DNA of 64,000 nucleotides, taken from positions 39,308,001 to 39,372,000 of the forward strand of contig OZ024741.1 in NCBI GenBank assembly GCA_964016885.1, read 5' to 3'. This document shows, in pieces, positions 62,353 through 64,000 of this stretch (positions are counted from its first letter, which is position 1; the number at the start of each line of letters is the position of its first letter). The translations under genes were made by a program, and so were the position numbers. This stretch comes from Eledone cirrhosa (Eukaryota). The notes below the pieces were generated by a model that saw only the letters and a list, made by a program, of their open reading frames with translations, was not told where the DNA came from and ran no database searches.

Positions 62353-62830
62353 TATCTGCTGACGCCATCTTTCGATATCAATTTTGGATCGATGAAATAA
62401 TAACAAAGGGGGTTGATTGATAGAACCATTAAACTCTAATACTGCAAGGCATTGGTTCGACGCTCTAACAAATGCCTCTTCCAACACGTATCCTTCACTA
62501 TCCTCAGGAGAAACGCCTTCTCTATTCTGTCCGCCGGGTCCAGGGGGCGACAAGCACGTGTCCTCCATTTGCTCATAATAGTGAGAGATGGGGGAGCGGG
62601 AGACACGGACGAGTTTGGTTCCTTTGTGTTCGAACCTGGTGTCTATGTATATGTTTCACAGATTTACACTAAAGCAAAAGTTCGCATTTTTCCCCAATCA
62701 AATATGCTGACCAGTTCACTGTAGTGGGTGTCGGAATTGTAAAACTATGAGACTAAATATCTTTGGTGTTTACTTTGGAGAAATGTCTTGCAGTATTCGT
62801 GCAGTCGGTTTAACTATATAGTTGAGTGAA

Positions 62831-63120
62831 TGCAACATGGCCGAATACTTAAGAAATTAGTTTCACAATCATAAGTTCCCGGATTCGACGCGCCACATGA
62901 CATCCTCGGTAAGTCTCATTTACATAGCCTTGGGTTGATCCAAGCTTTGTGAGTGAAATTGGGTAGACGAAAACTATGTGGAAGCCTGTCAGATGAATTT
63001 TACATATATAATTCAAGGAGGTAGCTTAATTACGCAATGCGTAACACTGAATTTCACTGAGAATTACGTTAAAGGTAGACAGTTGTATGGAATTCTCAAT
63101 CAGTGCACCTTAACTTCATG
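62831..63120 (+). mobile_element. tRNA-derived SINE family 2
   Basis: gcaacatggccgaatacttaag...ggattcgacg...tagccttgggttgatccaagctttgtgagtgaaattgggtagacgaaaact. Confidence 0.7.
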
Positions 63121-63272
63121 TGTAATGTATGTGTGATGCAAGCGAGTTACTCAACCAAAATACTCAATTTTATCATTGTAAGACCACCTAAAAAAAGAAA
63201 AAAAAAATCATTCGGACAAACTATCTTAGCCACTTCCTCAGACCAACAAATTAATTTATAAACAATGCAGAA

Positions 63273-63764
63273 TGCGAGAGTCGGCTGAAAACTTCATTGG
63301 TTGAAATGTTCAGGGGCTGACTAAGATACTCTCATGGAATGACCAAATGAGGTTTATTTTTCAACATAGTCCTCGGAAAGAAACAATGTAGTTAGTGAGA
63401 AGAGTTGAAATTAATGCATGCAAGATTTCACAAATCTAGAAACACTCCTTCATAGGCTGACCAAGATACTCTCATGGAATGACCAAATAAGATTTATTTC
63501 TCAATATGGAAAGATATAACGCAGTTATTAATAAGAAGAGTTGAAATTAATGCATGCAAGATTTCACAGCTCTAACATCACTCCTTTATAGGCTGACCAA
63601 GATACTCTCATGGAATGACCAAATGAGATTTATTTCTCATCATAGACCCCGGAACGATATAACAATTATAAATTAGAAGAGTTGAAATTAATGCATGCAA
63701 GATTTCACAGTTCTAGCGTTAGTTTTTCATAGTCAACCTATGAACTTTTCAGCCCACCCTCGTA
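63273..63764. mobile_element. Mariner-type MITE with the internal unit (about 138 bp) triplicated
   Basis: TIRs tgcgagagtcggctgaaaa ... ttttcagcccaccctcgta; units start at 63316, 63456 and 63592. Confidence 0.87.
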
Positions 63765-64000
63765 ATTTTGAAAAAAAAAAAATTAAATTTCGCATCGATA
63801 TTTTTGCTAAAGTAAAACTGTCTTTTGATGTATGTTGGCAGGACATACATAGACACAATATCTCTTATTTGGACACCGGGATACTCAACATTCTTGTCGG
63901 CTAGCGGTTTCCTTTGATAATGAGATGTCGTGTATGGCAATGTTGCTAGTGTTTGTGGGTTGGCGGTATGGTGAGGGTATTGAGTATTGTAGTGTGGTGG

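Overview
Eukaryotic, AT-rich, repeat-dominated window, most consistent with an octopod cephalopod genome (inferred from the SINE families and extreme microsatellite load). Almost all supplied ORFs are microsatellite artefacts and no complete host gene is visible. Identifiable content: two decayed Penelope-like retroelements (PLEs, RT + C-terminal GIY-YIG) plus a third fragment, a decayed R4-type LINE, RTE ends, a probable solo LTR, about 20 tRNA-derived SINE copies, mariner-type MITEs (two with internal triplication), and 35-bp and 12-bp minisatellites of about 2 kb each. The main hidden signal is in the short non-repetitive 'islands' inside (TA)n tracts. These are PLE-type termini from several unrelated families, about ten with recognisable minimal type-I hammerhead ribozyme motifs (stem II 11 to 116 nt, self-complementary stem III). 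Many share one architecture: (TA)n - inverted tail-less copy - direct copy with tail - (TA)n. One abundant island family has a hammerhead-like right half but no CUGANGA core. A candidate small secreted-peptide gene with an in-frame TGA lies at about 20.2 kb. All structures were read by eye; no folding, alignment or database search was run, and boundaries are approximate.
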